Of a stretch of DNA of 64,000 bases, positions 10,921 to 23,178 are shown piece by piece. The position numbers were made by a program, and so were the translations under genes. Source of the stretch: Octopus sinensis (Eukaryota); assembly GCF_006345805.1 (NCBI RefSeq), contig NC_043002.1:99386001-99450000 (forward strand). Direction: 5' to 3'. A model generated the notes under the pieces. It was not told the origin of the DNA. It searched no databases and worked only from the letters and a program-made list of their open reading frames with translations. Position 1 is the stretch's first letter. Each line of letters opens with the position of its first letter.

Positions 10921-12866
10921 CATCATCATCATCATTATTATTATATATTCGTAGATATAGATATACAGATAGAAACGTTTATTTATATATAAAGGCTGAT
11001 ATACTTATATATTTAGAGTTATATGTGTATCCACTAACGCAATAATATAAGTGATAATGCGCTTATTTAACTTCAAGCATTTCTATCCTATTAGTATTGT
11101 ACAATAATATGAATGTCCGTGATTAACCGTTTATGGAATAGGAAAGATGTTGAAGGATATGAATTTATACAGCTACAACGGATGTAGGTCTTGTTTGGAA
11201 TCTGAATTGCAAAACTGGCGGTTACCTTATCCCACCTTTATTTAATAGAATCTAATGTACAAAAACCTTAGTGAATGAGTTTGATTACCACCTCATTATT
11301 GTGGAATATCACACTTGAAAGCCGAATTTTCATTGACTCCAGCAGCATTATCAACACATTCTCCATTCACCTGTGCATGTGTTTGTGGATTTTACAATGC
11401 TTCACTCCGACTATGAGTAAAATCTATGAAAACATTTTTGTGTTTCTACACATATTCAGCTAATAAGTTGAACGCAACAATATTAGATATTAAAAAAGAG
11501 CATACGTCCATTAAAACATATCTTCAAAAAAGATATGTCAGTAGATCCAATCAATTCTTTATTTCTTTCCCTATAATTAACCTACATATACATATAATAT
11601 TATTGACAAGGCATTTACCATATAACAGGAAAATATTATCTTTCATACAATTACATATTAATAATAGTATTTTATTAGTTTCTCTTTTAGTCTTACTAGC
11701 TTATTGTGCATTATTAATATCTTTTTATATTAATAGGCTTTGAATTTACGAGCAATGAATGATTATATGTAAGTATCTTTTGTGTGGGTACCTAGTGAGT
11801 GTTTTATATAATGGTTATCAATTATTCAGGTTAAGTGCGCGATCCTGTACCACTGACTCAATGCTTGAGGGCATACTAAACTGAAATTATTGGCTATTGG
11901 TATTTTCTGTTCTTCATCGAGTAGGGTGTAACATTGGTCTGTAGTTAGCATAACCTTACTCAACTTCAATTTTTTAGACCTTGCAATGCCTAAGTCTGGC
12001 TTGGATTGGAAGAGTGCTAATGCTTGGTGATATACATTTCAAATATCTTGTGGTATTTACAGAAGCAGCGTGAATGGCTGAAGATTTGACAGTCAATAAT
12101 TAGATATTAGAAGCTCAATCCAGTGGACGGGAGCTCTCATCAGCGAGCGGGGTCGGGTCTCCGTAGAACCACCGAGAGTAAGCCGTCGAAACGGTGCACA
12201 TTCTCTTGTGATAAATCCTGAAGCATACAGGCGTCGGGTATAGAGAGCTTTCGATCCACGGGCACTTGCAAGTCTCCAAAACTATGTAGGATGGAAGTTT
12301 TTCTAGGTTGGAAGAATAGTCTAGTCATATGTGCTGAGCCTAAAAAAGTGAAAACTTGGGCTGAGATATAAAAATATAATTTCAACCACCAATAATGTTA
12401 GCGTCGAACATTATTTTATGTAAGGTCTCTATTATATTTATTTTCTTTGTATTGCTATTGGACGTGGTGAAGAGACACCCATCCTCGTATCTTTACAGGA
12501 GGTACCTTTTCCATTATTGTGATGTTTCCTATTACATTTTCTGAACACAATATTATGCTTTTTAGCATTGACAACCATCAGCATCGATACATTTTTTAAT
12601 ACCAATATCGCTAATATTGCTAGTACTCATTGTTTGATTAGTTATCATGGCTTCAACGACACTATAAGTTACATAAAAAATAGTAAGAACATGTAGAGAA
12701 AATTTAATCAATTATAATTCTATGCATAAGGAGGAAAATGCAATTAGCCTTACTGGTGATTGCTTGCAAAAACGTAGAATTTGAAAATCATTAAAAGTCG
12801 CATGTAGTTGGCACTGATGATAACTCTGAACATATTTTGTTATTATTACACACTTGAAATGAACAT

Positions 12867-12867
<1 letters not shown>

Positions 12868-12929
<62 letters not shown>

Positions 12930-12968
12930 GTGTGTATATATATAATATATATATATAGTGTATATATA

Positions 12969-12999
<31 letters not shown>

Positions 13000-13000
13000 A
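12868..13000. repeat. (TA)n microsatellite
   Basis: Direct reading. Confidence 0.95.
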
Positions 13001-13169
13001 TTTATGTGAAATAGAAAGATGAATAATCTTGTAGTAGATTAATCAAAAGTTTAACCGATACCTTAGTAGCAAAAATCACAGCAGTAAACAGCACGGTTGG
13101 AGGTACAACCATCTGGCGTTACAACCGTGCGTTGGTGCGGATAATTGAAATTAAAACATTATTGGTGAA

Positions 13170-13440
13170 TTGTAGAAATGGAGCTGAACGCAGATTGAAC
13201 AGAAATCGTTTTATTTCATTCTACACGTGTATATATATATATACACATATATATTTCCTGTTGCTTATTTTGATTACACACACACATAAACACGCACGAA
13301 CACACAAGAGTTACAGAATGGAGTATGAGAAATCCGGTCTACATATGTTTCACAGCGAGTGGAATCTCAGAAATGTTAAAATCCAAGTTAGATGTATACC
13401 ACCTGCGACTGTTCAGGTCAAGGATATCTTGATAAGATAA
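13170..13440 (-). mobile_element. Decayed Penelope-like terminal fragment(s)
   Basis: Shares the ATGGAGCTGAACG tail with 301-505 and contains a GAAAC-ATAT-GTA half-hammerhead at 13336-13419. Confidence 0.4.
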
Positions 13441-13606
13441 AAGCCTACCTGTTGACGCATAGATTCAATCAGAATATATGCATAGTAGTATTATTCATAG
13501 CTAGTATATACTTAATTAACAGATTATAGAATGGCTTTCGCACTGAAGAAAAACATTCAATGTTGGCTATTCTATTTCATTTAGTGAGCCAAGATAAACA
13601 CATAGA

Positions 13607-14772
13607 AGGTGCGTCAGTTATCTGAGAACAAAACTTTAAGTACCAGAGCCGGGCCAGACTTTATCTTCTACCTTTTCTAACTTCAAGCATGGAAGCTTCG
13701 AATCAGATACAGACAATGAAACACCATGTCATTTTTGTTGCCGTAGCCGCCTACCACAGTGATTCTGAAATTGGAACCTTCTTGAATTCTTCAAGTCTTT
13801 CGAGTCTAACACCAGAAAACAGCTCCTGCCATCTAGCGGGATTATGTCGTCTGGAGCCAGATGCTAATAAAAATGTCGCGTTTGTCCAGCAAGTCCAGTG
13901 TATCGCCAATAAGATTCCCGACAGAGCAACGAAAGACATCACCAATCATCTCCATGTGCCCGAATCAACGATTAAATGTTTGTAGTGGATGAAGACTTCA
14001 GGTACAACTTCTATACTATCAGATAGTTCATGTCCCGTACCATCCGGGGGAATGGTATGATCCAGTTGAATCGCTTGTTGAAAAAACTCAAGCAATCCGA
14101 GGAGTCTGACATACACTGGATCATTTCAGATGAGAATAATTTTGATCAAGATCAAAAGGTGAGAAGAAGAAATGACAGGTGTCTCTGCGCGAACATCACT
14201 GAAGTTCATTCTTATGTACACCAAATTCCCATCTCCTGAGACGGTCTTGGCTGTCGTGAGAAATGAGGGTCAAGTCATGACTCCTCATTTTCGAGAACAT
14301 GGAGGCGATTGTAAGGATCTGGATGAAGCGAGATGCTTGGGGTAGGTCGTACATTTTCCAAGAAGATTATTCTCCCTCTCTCACATCTTGCACGACATCG
14401 AAGTCCATGCCCTAAGTTTTTCAGAATCCTGTTACCCCTAATATTTGGATTCGTAGCTTTCCTGGTTTTAATACCTTGGAGAGATACGTCTGGGGTACCG
14501 TTGAGTGAGAAACCAATAAGCATGCCCCACAATACCAAGGCCTCATTAATGTCTGCTATTGGGAACGTTGTGACCAATATGAATGAAGATCACCTGATGA
14601 ACGCATTTAGTCATTTCAGAGTCGGTATCGTGGCAATAGTCGAGGCTCATGGCAGTTTCATTCAATAATCTTTTAATATCTGCATGTAAGAAAATGAGTG
14701 CCAAATTCTATAAAAAATATATTTGCTTTTCCAATAAATAGCTAATCCCACTAACTAAATACCGTACGCATT
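13607..14772 (+). mobile_element. Fossil IS630-Tc1-mariner transposon, maT/DD37D-like
   Basis: Fragments in shifting frames: WIISDENNFDQDQKVRRRNDR, TKFPSPETVLAVVRNEGQVMTPHF and RYVWGTVE. Many stops and frameshifts; TIRs degenerate, so ends are approximate. Confidence 0.75.
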
Positions 14773-15974
14773 TGTTGAAAAAAAAAACAACAAAAAAAAT
14801 CCTATTCTACAACGAATTTGCAGCAATTTTCTTCTACTGGTAATGTGTTGTGCCTAAACAAAAATTAAGGCCCTTAATATCATAGACTTATAATACTCCT
14901 CGATCAGGTATAAATATACATCCATTTGCAGCCGTTGATCTACTGATTTCATTTACCCTTCCACAGGTTTGCATATTGTCCTGCAGTTTGTCCAACGAAA
15001 GTCACCCTCCATACTGACCCTTCGTCACGGACAATCCGACCATTTGTTTCATCGTATTCATTAGCACTAAGAACGACCTCCGCTCTATCTCTCTCACTCT
15101 CTCCCTCTTTTTCTCACTCACATAATACGTACACACACATATGTATGCTTGTGTCAGTCTTCATATTCACGGTTTTGTGCAATTAATAATGTGTAAAAAT
15201 GCAGAGCTTAGCGGATAGAAAAGTATACAGATCGATAGAAGGAAACAGAGAAATGTTCTGTGATCGATATGCGCGAATAGAATCATTCAAATCGGTACGC
15301 CTGCGTGGTCAGTCCAGTTGCAGAAGATATTCAACCGTATCATACCTCTGAAACCACAGTCCAATAATTGAAACCATTAAAGGTATACAAGAGAACCTAT
15401 TTAGTTCTCATCAGCGCTTACGCAATTTATTTTCTAATATAACTACAATTTACACAGCTGCAATCACCTAATTCGTAATTACGAATGCGATTACGTAAAT
15501 TCTGAGCTTCTTGATTATCGACACGTTTATACAGCTTATGGCAGTGCAACAAATTATATTGCTAGCGGCCTAAGAAGTTTTGTGCCTGATAACATACTGC
15601 AGATAATTTGAGCATCTAATTTTATAGTCTCTTGATATGGTGTGGATTTCATTGTTCTGAGCAAATTGCCTACTCGTTTCAAACGAATTATATCACAAGC
15701 GTAATACTTAAAAGTTGCTATTTTTTCTAGAAAAAATATTTCGTCCGTAAATGCATTGATTTATTCAGATAAAAGTTCACCTGTATATGAAGCTATTTCA
15801 AATTGTTCCAAATTAGTGATATATTTAAACAGATATGTAAGGAAAGCAATTAGGAAACGAAAGTTTTAGGTTAACCGTAACAAATTAAATACACGTTCAC
15901 CGTATGGCATAATTTATGAACTGCTAAGAATACAAGCCAAATCTTTCTTAGATCGCATTCAAGAATGAGGAGAC

Positions 15975-15975
<1 letters not shown>

Positions 15976-16032
<57 letters not shown>
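15976..16032. repeat. (TA)n microsatellite
   Basis: Direct reading. Confidence 0.95.
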
Positions 16033-16035
<3 letters not shown>

Positions 16036-16367
16036 AAATAACATAATCCTGGATACATTTATATGTTAAATATAAAGAGAAAGATAACATTTAAACGCTT
16101 ATAGGTTTATTAAATCAGGCTGAAACTGAGGTTAATAATCTAACAACATTTAAAAAATATGAAAAGATATTATTCTGAAATGAATAGTCGTATAACTAAA
16201 AAACAAGATGATGTGAAGCCCTCAATCTCTTAAATTAAAACGAGAAATATGCCACCGATTAATAATGAAGACAGAACTGTTTCCCTACAAAATGCACATT
16301 TTGATATGGCTTCTTTTATATTTCATTCCTATCTGATGCTATTTTATTTTGATCATCATGCTATTGT

Positions 16368-16520
16368 GAAAGCGCTTGGTTAAGTGTTTAGGATGTTTGG
16401 CTTATGATCTGCTCCTGGGTTTAAATTCTAAATCGGGTAGTCCGTTGTGTTCTTCAGCAATAAACTTCATTTCACATTGCTACAGTCCACTCAGTTGTAA
16501 AGAATGAAAATAGATGCTGG
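16368..16520 (+). mobile_element. Degenerate tRNA-derived SINE
   Basis: Eroded A/B-box-like head followed by ttgtgttcttcagcaa...cacattgctacagtccactcag. Confidence 0.45.
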
Positions 16521-18544
16521 TGCAGTCCTCTCTTTATTGTCCATGTTCTTTCGGGTCAATGAGAGGGAAATCGTAAGGACTTCTATAGCTGCTTGAAAGC
16601 ATTCTATCACCTAAAAGCTATTAGCAAATATATGGTACTTCTCATTAAGTCAAATGCTTTTGCAAATGACAATTGACTGTACCGTGTAGTATCAATCCTT
16701 TCTATCAATGACATTGAATCATCTCTTGTATAAGGCTGGTAACCCCTGTCTCACATACTATCTCTTCCTCTTTGCCTATCTACAGCTCTAAACCAGCCTT
16801 TGTTTCTCGGAATTGTATGATCTTATGCTGCTTCAATCAGGCACTCTGGATTCTCCTGTTTCTTCTCTTCTCGACGGTCATATTTTGTTCACTCTAAAAT
16901 GTAGGCCTCACAAACAAACCCTTTCCTTCATTTTTCTACATTCCACAACTCGTACTTGTTTTCAAGAGCGAGTTTGTAGAGGTCATACAACCAGTTACTT
17001 TCTTCAGACTAAATCAACGACAAAATTACAACCCGTTATGGGGATTATTGGAATCAGTTAGACACTGTTTGAAATAGTACTTGTATTAAGCAAATACATT
17101 CCCATTGGGTCACAAATTGGCAGCAGCATGACAAAATAGAACAAAATGCTTCGTGGTTTAAATTCTGTCACAATGCGCTTTGTCGTAAGATACCATTAGT
17201 GCTAACATTGTAGCTAATATTTGAGCGTTAAGAACATAAAAGCTAGTGCTCCAGAATAGTAGAATAAGCTGAATTATTTCAGTATTACTCAAGAGGCCTT
17301 ACTGCATTTTTTCTGGCTCTTTCCGTTCTCAGTACTAGAATAGTAATTTCATTCCATCAATGAAACGGTTTAACACCACCAACTTGCGTTATTTTAGACC
17401 TGAATAAAATTCGAATTATTCTGACCTTGTTTTCGGTTTAATGATAACTTTCTCTCTTCTTCCCCACTGTCTCGAGGAAGGCTATGAAAATATGTAACAT
17501 AGTCTTTTGTTCCCGGCCTGATTAAGTGATGAACATGTAATTGGATTTAAATAATCTTCAGTAATATATCATTAAGAGAAAGCGTAGGCAAAATTTTGGA
17601 AATAACGAGTTAATGAAACGGTAGTATTAAATTAAAAAGACTTATTTGGCTTTGTGGACTGGAGTGGATCATGATCTAGGCCTCATGGGCCGGATGTGAA
17701 CAATTATTTCTAGAGCCTCTGTTCATAAAGTAAGAGAGTACAAACCATAAAGAGGTGTATATATATAATCACTGTCGTAATGAAAATATTATAAAGAAAG
17801 AATATAATGTGTTAGCAAAATTTGTGAACAAAGGTGCGGAAAGGATATCAACATATTCTATTTATAATTTTTAATAAATAAGAAACCTCTGGGTTAAAAC
17901 AGAGATAGAAATTACCGAGGCGAATGTATATAGCTATTGAGAAGACCAATGTTTTTCTGTCTCTGAAAGTTTCAATGTTATCCCTGTGACAAGAATACAT
18001 TCCAGCGAACTGGTGCTCAAATTTGAACAGAAAAACATTGCGACTAGAGTCGTATGTGTAGACAGATGAAAAGTATATTTAGAAAACAATTCTCATTTTT
18101 TTTTATATTCTACGCATATAAATAGTTATTTCTGAATGGTTAATATAACAAAAGTTTTCCTGAACTGAAGTGATCCGACTAATCGGAAGCAGTGTTAATC
18201 ACGACTCAAGCCAAGCTCACTGGGCTCATGGTAGGGTCTGGATTACAGAAAGTTCTACGTTGCATTCCTTAATGTAAATTTACTCACATAAATTGTCTGT
18301 TACACACACACACACACTCTCTCTCACATACACACTTAAATAAACATTGTACACGTGCTACGGAGATATATTTTCACCGAACTTTTCAAGTTAAAAAAAA
18401 AACGATTAAAGTTTTAGCCGGGAACCAGTCAAAATATTTCCGTGAGACGTGCTTCGGCTTGAATGCAACTTTAGCTTCAGTCAAATCTAGAATGAGATGC
18501 AGTAAAAACTATAAGAGAAAATAGAGAGTAAATTCTCTCTTTCC

Positions 18545-18546
<2 letters not shown>

Positions 18547-18621
<75 letters not shown>
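18547..18621. repeat. (CT)n microsatellite
   Basis: Direct reading. Confidence 0.95.
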
Positions 18622-18627
<6 letters not shown>

Positions 18628-19350
18628 ATACCTATCGCGCCGACAAGTGTATAAAATGTGAATCCAAGCAGATAGTAATTATCAGTATAGACATAAATAT
18701 ATAGAGAGACGTAGGGAGCTTATATAAGAATTCAGTGTATTTCTTTGTTACAAAACACACCGAATTCTTCAGTCCGTATAAGAATTGCAAAATCTATACG
18801 AATTTATTTATAGTTGAGAATAATAATAAAGAAAATGTTTAGGTTGCATTGTTACCATTAATCAATTATGATTATATATACAAGTAGAATCTTATATTTT
18901 ACGCAATATATATTTTTACAGAAAAAGAGTTACACACGCACGTGCCCGCGCTTCTAGATGTGTATAAAATGGAAATATTTTGCAAAGAAATGTAGACAAA
19001 TCCCAAATGACGAGACCATATAAAGATACGCATAATTTTGAGGCAGCAGACAGCATCGCAAAATCCTACTATTAAAGCTCGTTTAAGACCACTGATATAT
19101 AATAAGGATTTCTCATATTAGCATAATACTACACATTGATAGGAGAAATTATACTGTCGGTAGAATAATAGACACTATTTGTATTTGTGTCTTTTATCGA
19201 TTTCATAGAATGGCAACACGCAAATACTTTTCCAGCATGGAGACTGAGTGACAAAAATATAGATTTTAAGCTTATTGTTTAGTATGCTACCGTGTTTGCT
19301 ATCCACTGTCCTAGTGACAACAGAAGTATAAATAAGCTTTTGAAAAATTG

Positions 19351-19397
<47 letters not shown>

Positions 19398-19399
<2 letters not shown>

Positions 19400-19960
19400 G
19401 AGTGAGAGAGCAGTTCATGCCATCAAAGTGACACTGGGGTAAAATATACGAAGCCCAGTATACCCATCATGACTACCCGTCTGATAAGGGTACACCAGGC
19501 ACATGCATCACAACCATATGTGCGCGATATTGTGATCTCATATCAAGATAAACAGCACATGACCTTGCAGGTGGGGCCCAGTTAGAATTTTCTTCAGGTT
19601 GAGTAGCCCATCCCGCTCAAAAGGTCCCTGAATAAGGGTTGTTTAAGGATGTTGAAAGAACCACCCATGTTTCCAGAGGTGAATTATTCAAACCCCAAAG
19701 AATCCCTCTCAACACATGGCTATGATGCTCCCCCACTACTTCTGCTCGTGATCATAGATGCACATACTGTCAGCCACTAATAAGGGACATGCTCAACTGG
19801 TTAAAATCAAACAACTGACAAGCAAATCAGTGGTATTGAGCAGAATATTTGGTGTAGCCCATTTTTTATACCAAGACAAAACAATGAACATGATAACACT
19901 TCCAATCAGTTAAGATCAGAAGCCATGAGACCCACTGCTTGGTACTGCATCAGGGCATTT
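19398..19960 (-). mobile_element. ORF-less ~560-bp element in (TAA)n, full-length copy 1
   Basis: Minus strand runs AAATGCCCTGATGCAGTACC...CTCTCTCACTCAA(TAA)n, with (ATT)n on both sides. Near-identical copies follow. Confidence 0.85.
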
Positions 19961-19988
19961 ATTATTATTATTATTATTATTATTGTTA

Positions 19989-20617
19989 TTGAGTGAGAGA
20001 GCAATTCATGCCATCAAAGTGACACTGGGGTAAAATATACGAAGCCCAATATACCCATCATGACTACTCGTCTGATAAGGGTACACCAGGCACATGCATC
20101 ACAACCATATGTGCGCGACATAGTGATCTCATATCAAGATAAACAGCACATGACCTTGCAGGTGGGGCCCAGTTAGAATTTTCTTCAGGTTGAGTAGCCC
20201 ATCCCGCTCAAAAGGTCCCTGAATAAGGGTTGTTTAAGGATGTTGAAAAAACCCCCCATGTTTCCAGAGGTGAATTATTCAAACCCCAAAGAATCCCTCT
20301 CAACACATGGCTATGATGCTCCCCCACTACTTCTGCTCGTGATCAGAGATGCACATATCGTCAGCCACTAAGGGCCATGCTCAACTGGTTAAGGTCAAAC
20401 AACTGACAAGCAAATCTGTGGTATTGAGCAGAATATTTGCTGTAGCCCATCTTTTATACCAAGACAAAAGCCCATCTTTTATACCAAGACAAAAGCCCAT
20501 CTTTTATACCAAGACAAAAGCCCATCTTTTATACCAAGACAAATTACCCATCTTTTATACCAAGACAAAAGCCCATATTTTATACCAAGACAAAAGCCCA
20601 TCTTTTATACCAAGATA
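19989..20617 (-). mobile_element. ORF-less (TAA)n element copy 2, 5'-truncated, ending in 7 x 25-bp tandem units
   Basis: Aligns to copy 1. AGCCCATCTTTTATACCAAGACAAA is repeated across 20444-20617. Confidence 0.85.
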
Positions 20618-20685
<68 letters not shown>

Positions 20686-20695
20686 TATTATTAAT

Positions 20696-20892
20696 GCGGC
20701 GAGCTATCACGCCTAGTAAAATGCTTAGGGGAATTTCGTCCGCCTTTCCGTTCTGAGTTCAAATTCCAGCGAAGTCGACTGTGCCTTTCATCCTTTCGTT
20801 GTCCCTAAATAAAGTAACAGTGAAGCACTGGTGTCGATGTGATCGACAAGAACCTTTCCCGAAGAATTCAGACATTGTGCTTGGTAGAAAGG
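20696..20892 (+). mobile_element. tRNA-derived SINE family A (degenerate)
   Basis: GAGTTCAAATTCC B-box and the GTCGACTGTGCCTTTCATCCTTTCG core. Confidence 0.75.
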
Positions 20893-20965
<73 letters not shown>

Positions 20966-20967
<2 letters not shown>

Positions 20968-21344
20968 GAGTGAGAGAGCAATTCATGCCATCAAAGTGAC
21001 ACTGGGGTAAAATATACGAAGCCCAATATACCCATCATGACTACCCGTCTGATAAGGGTACACCAGGCACATGCATCACAACCATATATGCGTGACATGG
21101 TGATCTCATATCAAGATTAACAGCGCATGACCTTGCAGGTGGGGCGCAGATAGAATTTTCTTCAGGTTGAGTAGCCCATCCCGCTCAAAAGGTCCCTGAA
21201 TAAGGGTTGCTTAAGGATGTTGAACGGCACACCCATGTTTCCAGAGGTGAATTATTCAAACCCCAAAGAATCCCTCTCAACACATGGCTATGATGCTCCC
21301 CCACATGGCTATGATGCTCCCCCACCATGGCTATGATGCTCCCC

Positions 21345-21346
<2 letters not shown>
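20966..21346 (-). mobile_element. ORF-less (TAA)n element copy 3, 5'-truncated, ending in 3 x 21-bp units
   Basis: Aligns to copy 1. CATGGCTATGATGCTCCCCCA occurs three times across 21283-21346. Confidence 0.85.
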
Positions 21347-21390
<44 letters not shown>

Positions 21391-21393
<3 letters not shown>

Positions 21394-23127
21394 TAGTTTT
21401 ATTTTTATAGCGTGCTTTCACTTCACTACCGAGCGCAGCTCTGTGTGCCTTGGGTATGTGCTGTGATTTGTTGTGATGCTCTGATGGTTATTGTATGGAA
21501 AGTGTTCTGCGTAGGATGTGTGCAGTGCCTAGTAGTGCAATTTTCTGTATGTTATATGTGTTTGTAAGTCCAGTTTTTTTTGTTATGTATTTGTCTGAAT
21601 ATTTTTTTATCATGCCTAATGCACCTACTATGATAGGAATTGTTTCTGTTTTCAGGTTCCACATTCTAGTTATCTCTATTTCCAGGTCTTTGTATTTTGA
21701 GAGTTTCTCCATTTCTTTTAGAGGAACGTTGTCATCTGCCGGTATTGATACATCAATTAGAAAGCATTTTATTTCTTCATTATCTCTGACAACTATATCT
21801 GGTCTGTTGGCCTTAATGTCTCTGTGTGTATCGGCATATCCCAGAGTATGGTTGCTTTCTCGTTTTCTGTGACCTTTTCTGGTGTGTGCCTATACCATCT
21901 TTTTTCTGTTGTTATTCCATAATGTTGGCATAGCTTCCAATGTATGTAGGTTCCAACTCTGTCATGTCTGTGAATATATTCCTTCTTAGCCAGGACTGGG
22001 CAGCTAGAGATAATATGATTTATTGTTTCTTGTCCATCTCCACATATTCTGCAGTTACTTGTAATATTTCTTTTCATTACATGTTTTTGGTAATTTCTGG
22101 TGGGGAGGCTTTGGTCTTGTGCTGCAATTAAAAATCCCTCTGTTTCTGCTTTGAATCCTGAGCTTCTCAACCATTGCTGGGATTTTTCTTTGTCTATTTC
22201 TTTTGCGTTTAGTTTAGTGCAGTATTTACCATGAAGGGGCTTTTCTTGCCATCGTTTTATCATGGCTCGTTGCTGTTCTATTTTTAGTTTGGATTTCATT
22301 TGTTTTATAGCTTTTGTTGTTTCTTCATCATCTTCTTCTTCTTCTTTGTGTTTTATTAGGTGGTATGATTCTTGTTTGTATTTGTCAGCTTCCTTAAATA
22401 CTGAGAACAGTTTTTTGTTTTGCTCGTGTTTTGCTGCTATCTGGATCAGTTTTTCTTCCTCCTGAAGTAGGTATTTTTGCAGTCCTATGGTGGTTATTTT
22501 ATAGTAGTTTTCCAGCTGTATAAGGCCTCTACCACCTTCTATACGTTGTATATATAGTCTTTCTATGTCAGATTTTGGGTGATGCATCCTAGATCCTGTC
22601 AGTATTTTTCTTGTTTTCCTATCTATTTTGGACAGTTCATTTCGTGTCCAGTTAAGGATATTGTAGCTGTAACTTATAACTGGGACAGCTAAAGTGTTGA
22701 TACCTATTATCTTGTTTTTAGCATGAGCTCTGTTTTTAGTATTGATCTAACTCGTCTATAATATTCTTTTTTTTTATTTCTCTTTTCATTTGTGTGGTGT
22801 TGTGTCTTATCTAGTTCATGGATTCCTAAGTATTTGTAAGTTTGGCTTTGGTCTAATTCTTTTATTTCATTGGTTTTATCTAGTGTGATGTTGTTACTCT
22901 TAACTAGTTTTCCGCCTCTTTCTTGGTTACTTTGGCGCATTTTTCTAATCCAAATTTCATATATATTTCTTTGGTAAATCCATGAACTGTCTTTAATAGT
23001 GTTTTCAGAGCTGTTTGTCATTTGCAGCGTATAGTTTTAGGTCATCCATATATAAAAGGTGGCTGATCGTTTTGCCGTAATTTATATCCGCATCCAGTTC
23101 TATTTAGCATATCAGATAGAGGTGACA

Positions 23128-23128
<1 letters not shown>
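21391..23128 (-). mobile_element. 5'-truncated, frameshifted R4/Dong-clade non-LTR retrotransposon
   Basis: ISHLLYMDDLKLYA (YMDD at 23041-23052), YKYLG, HPKSDIERLYIQRIEGGRGL, CRICGDGQETINHIISSC, RHD, and RLE C-terminus. (ATT)n on both flanks. Confidence 0.92.

Positions 23129-23178
<50 letters not shown>

Noticed and set aside
12100-12145. CTGATGA followed by a GAGCTC/GAGCTT stem on the minus strand, as a hammerhead
   Set aside because: No GAAA, stem III or UH follows the stem.
19398-19960. HDV-like ribozyme at the 5' end of the (TAA)n element
   Set aside because: GCCCTGA could pair with a distant TCAGGGA, but P2/P3/P1.1 could not be assembled by hand. It needs a covariance search and is not claimed.
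20444-20617. CRISPR-like array of 25-bp repeats
   Set aside because: The units are contiguous with no spacers, derive from the host element's own sequence, and the context is eukaryotic.
10041-23128. rDNA association of the R4-clade elements
   Set aside because: No rRNA sequence is present. The flanks are (TAA)n tracts, as for Dong-type members.
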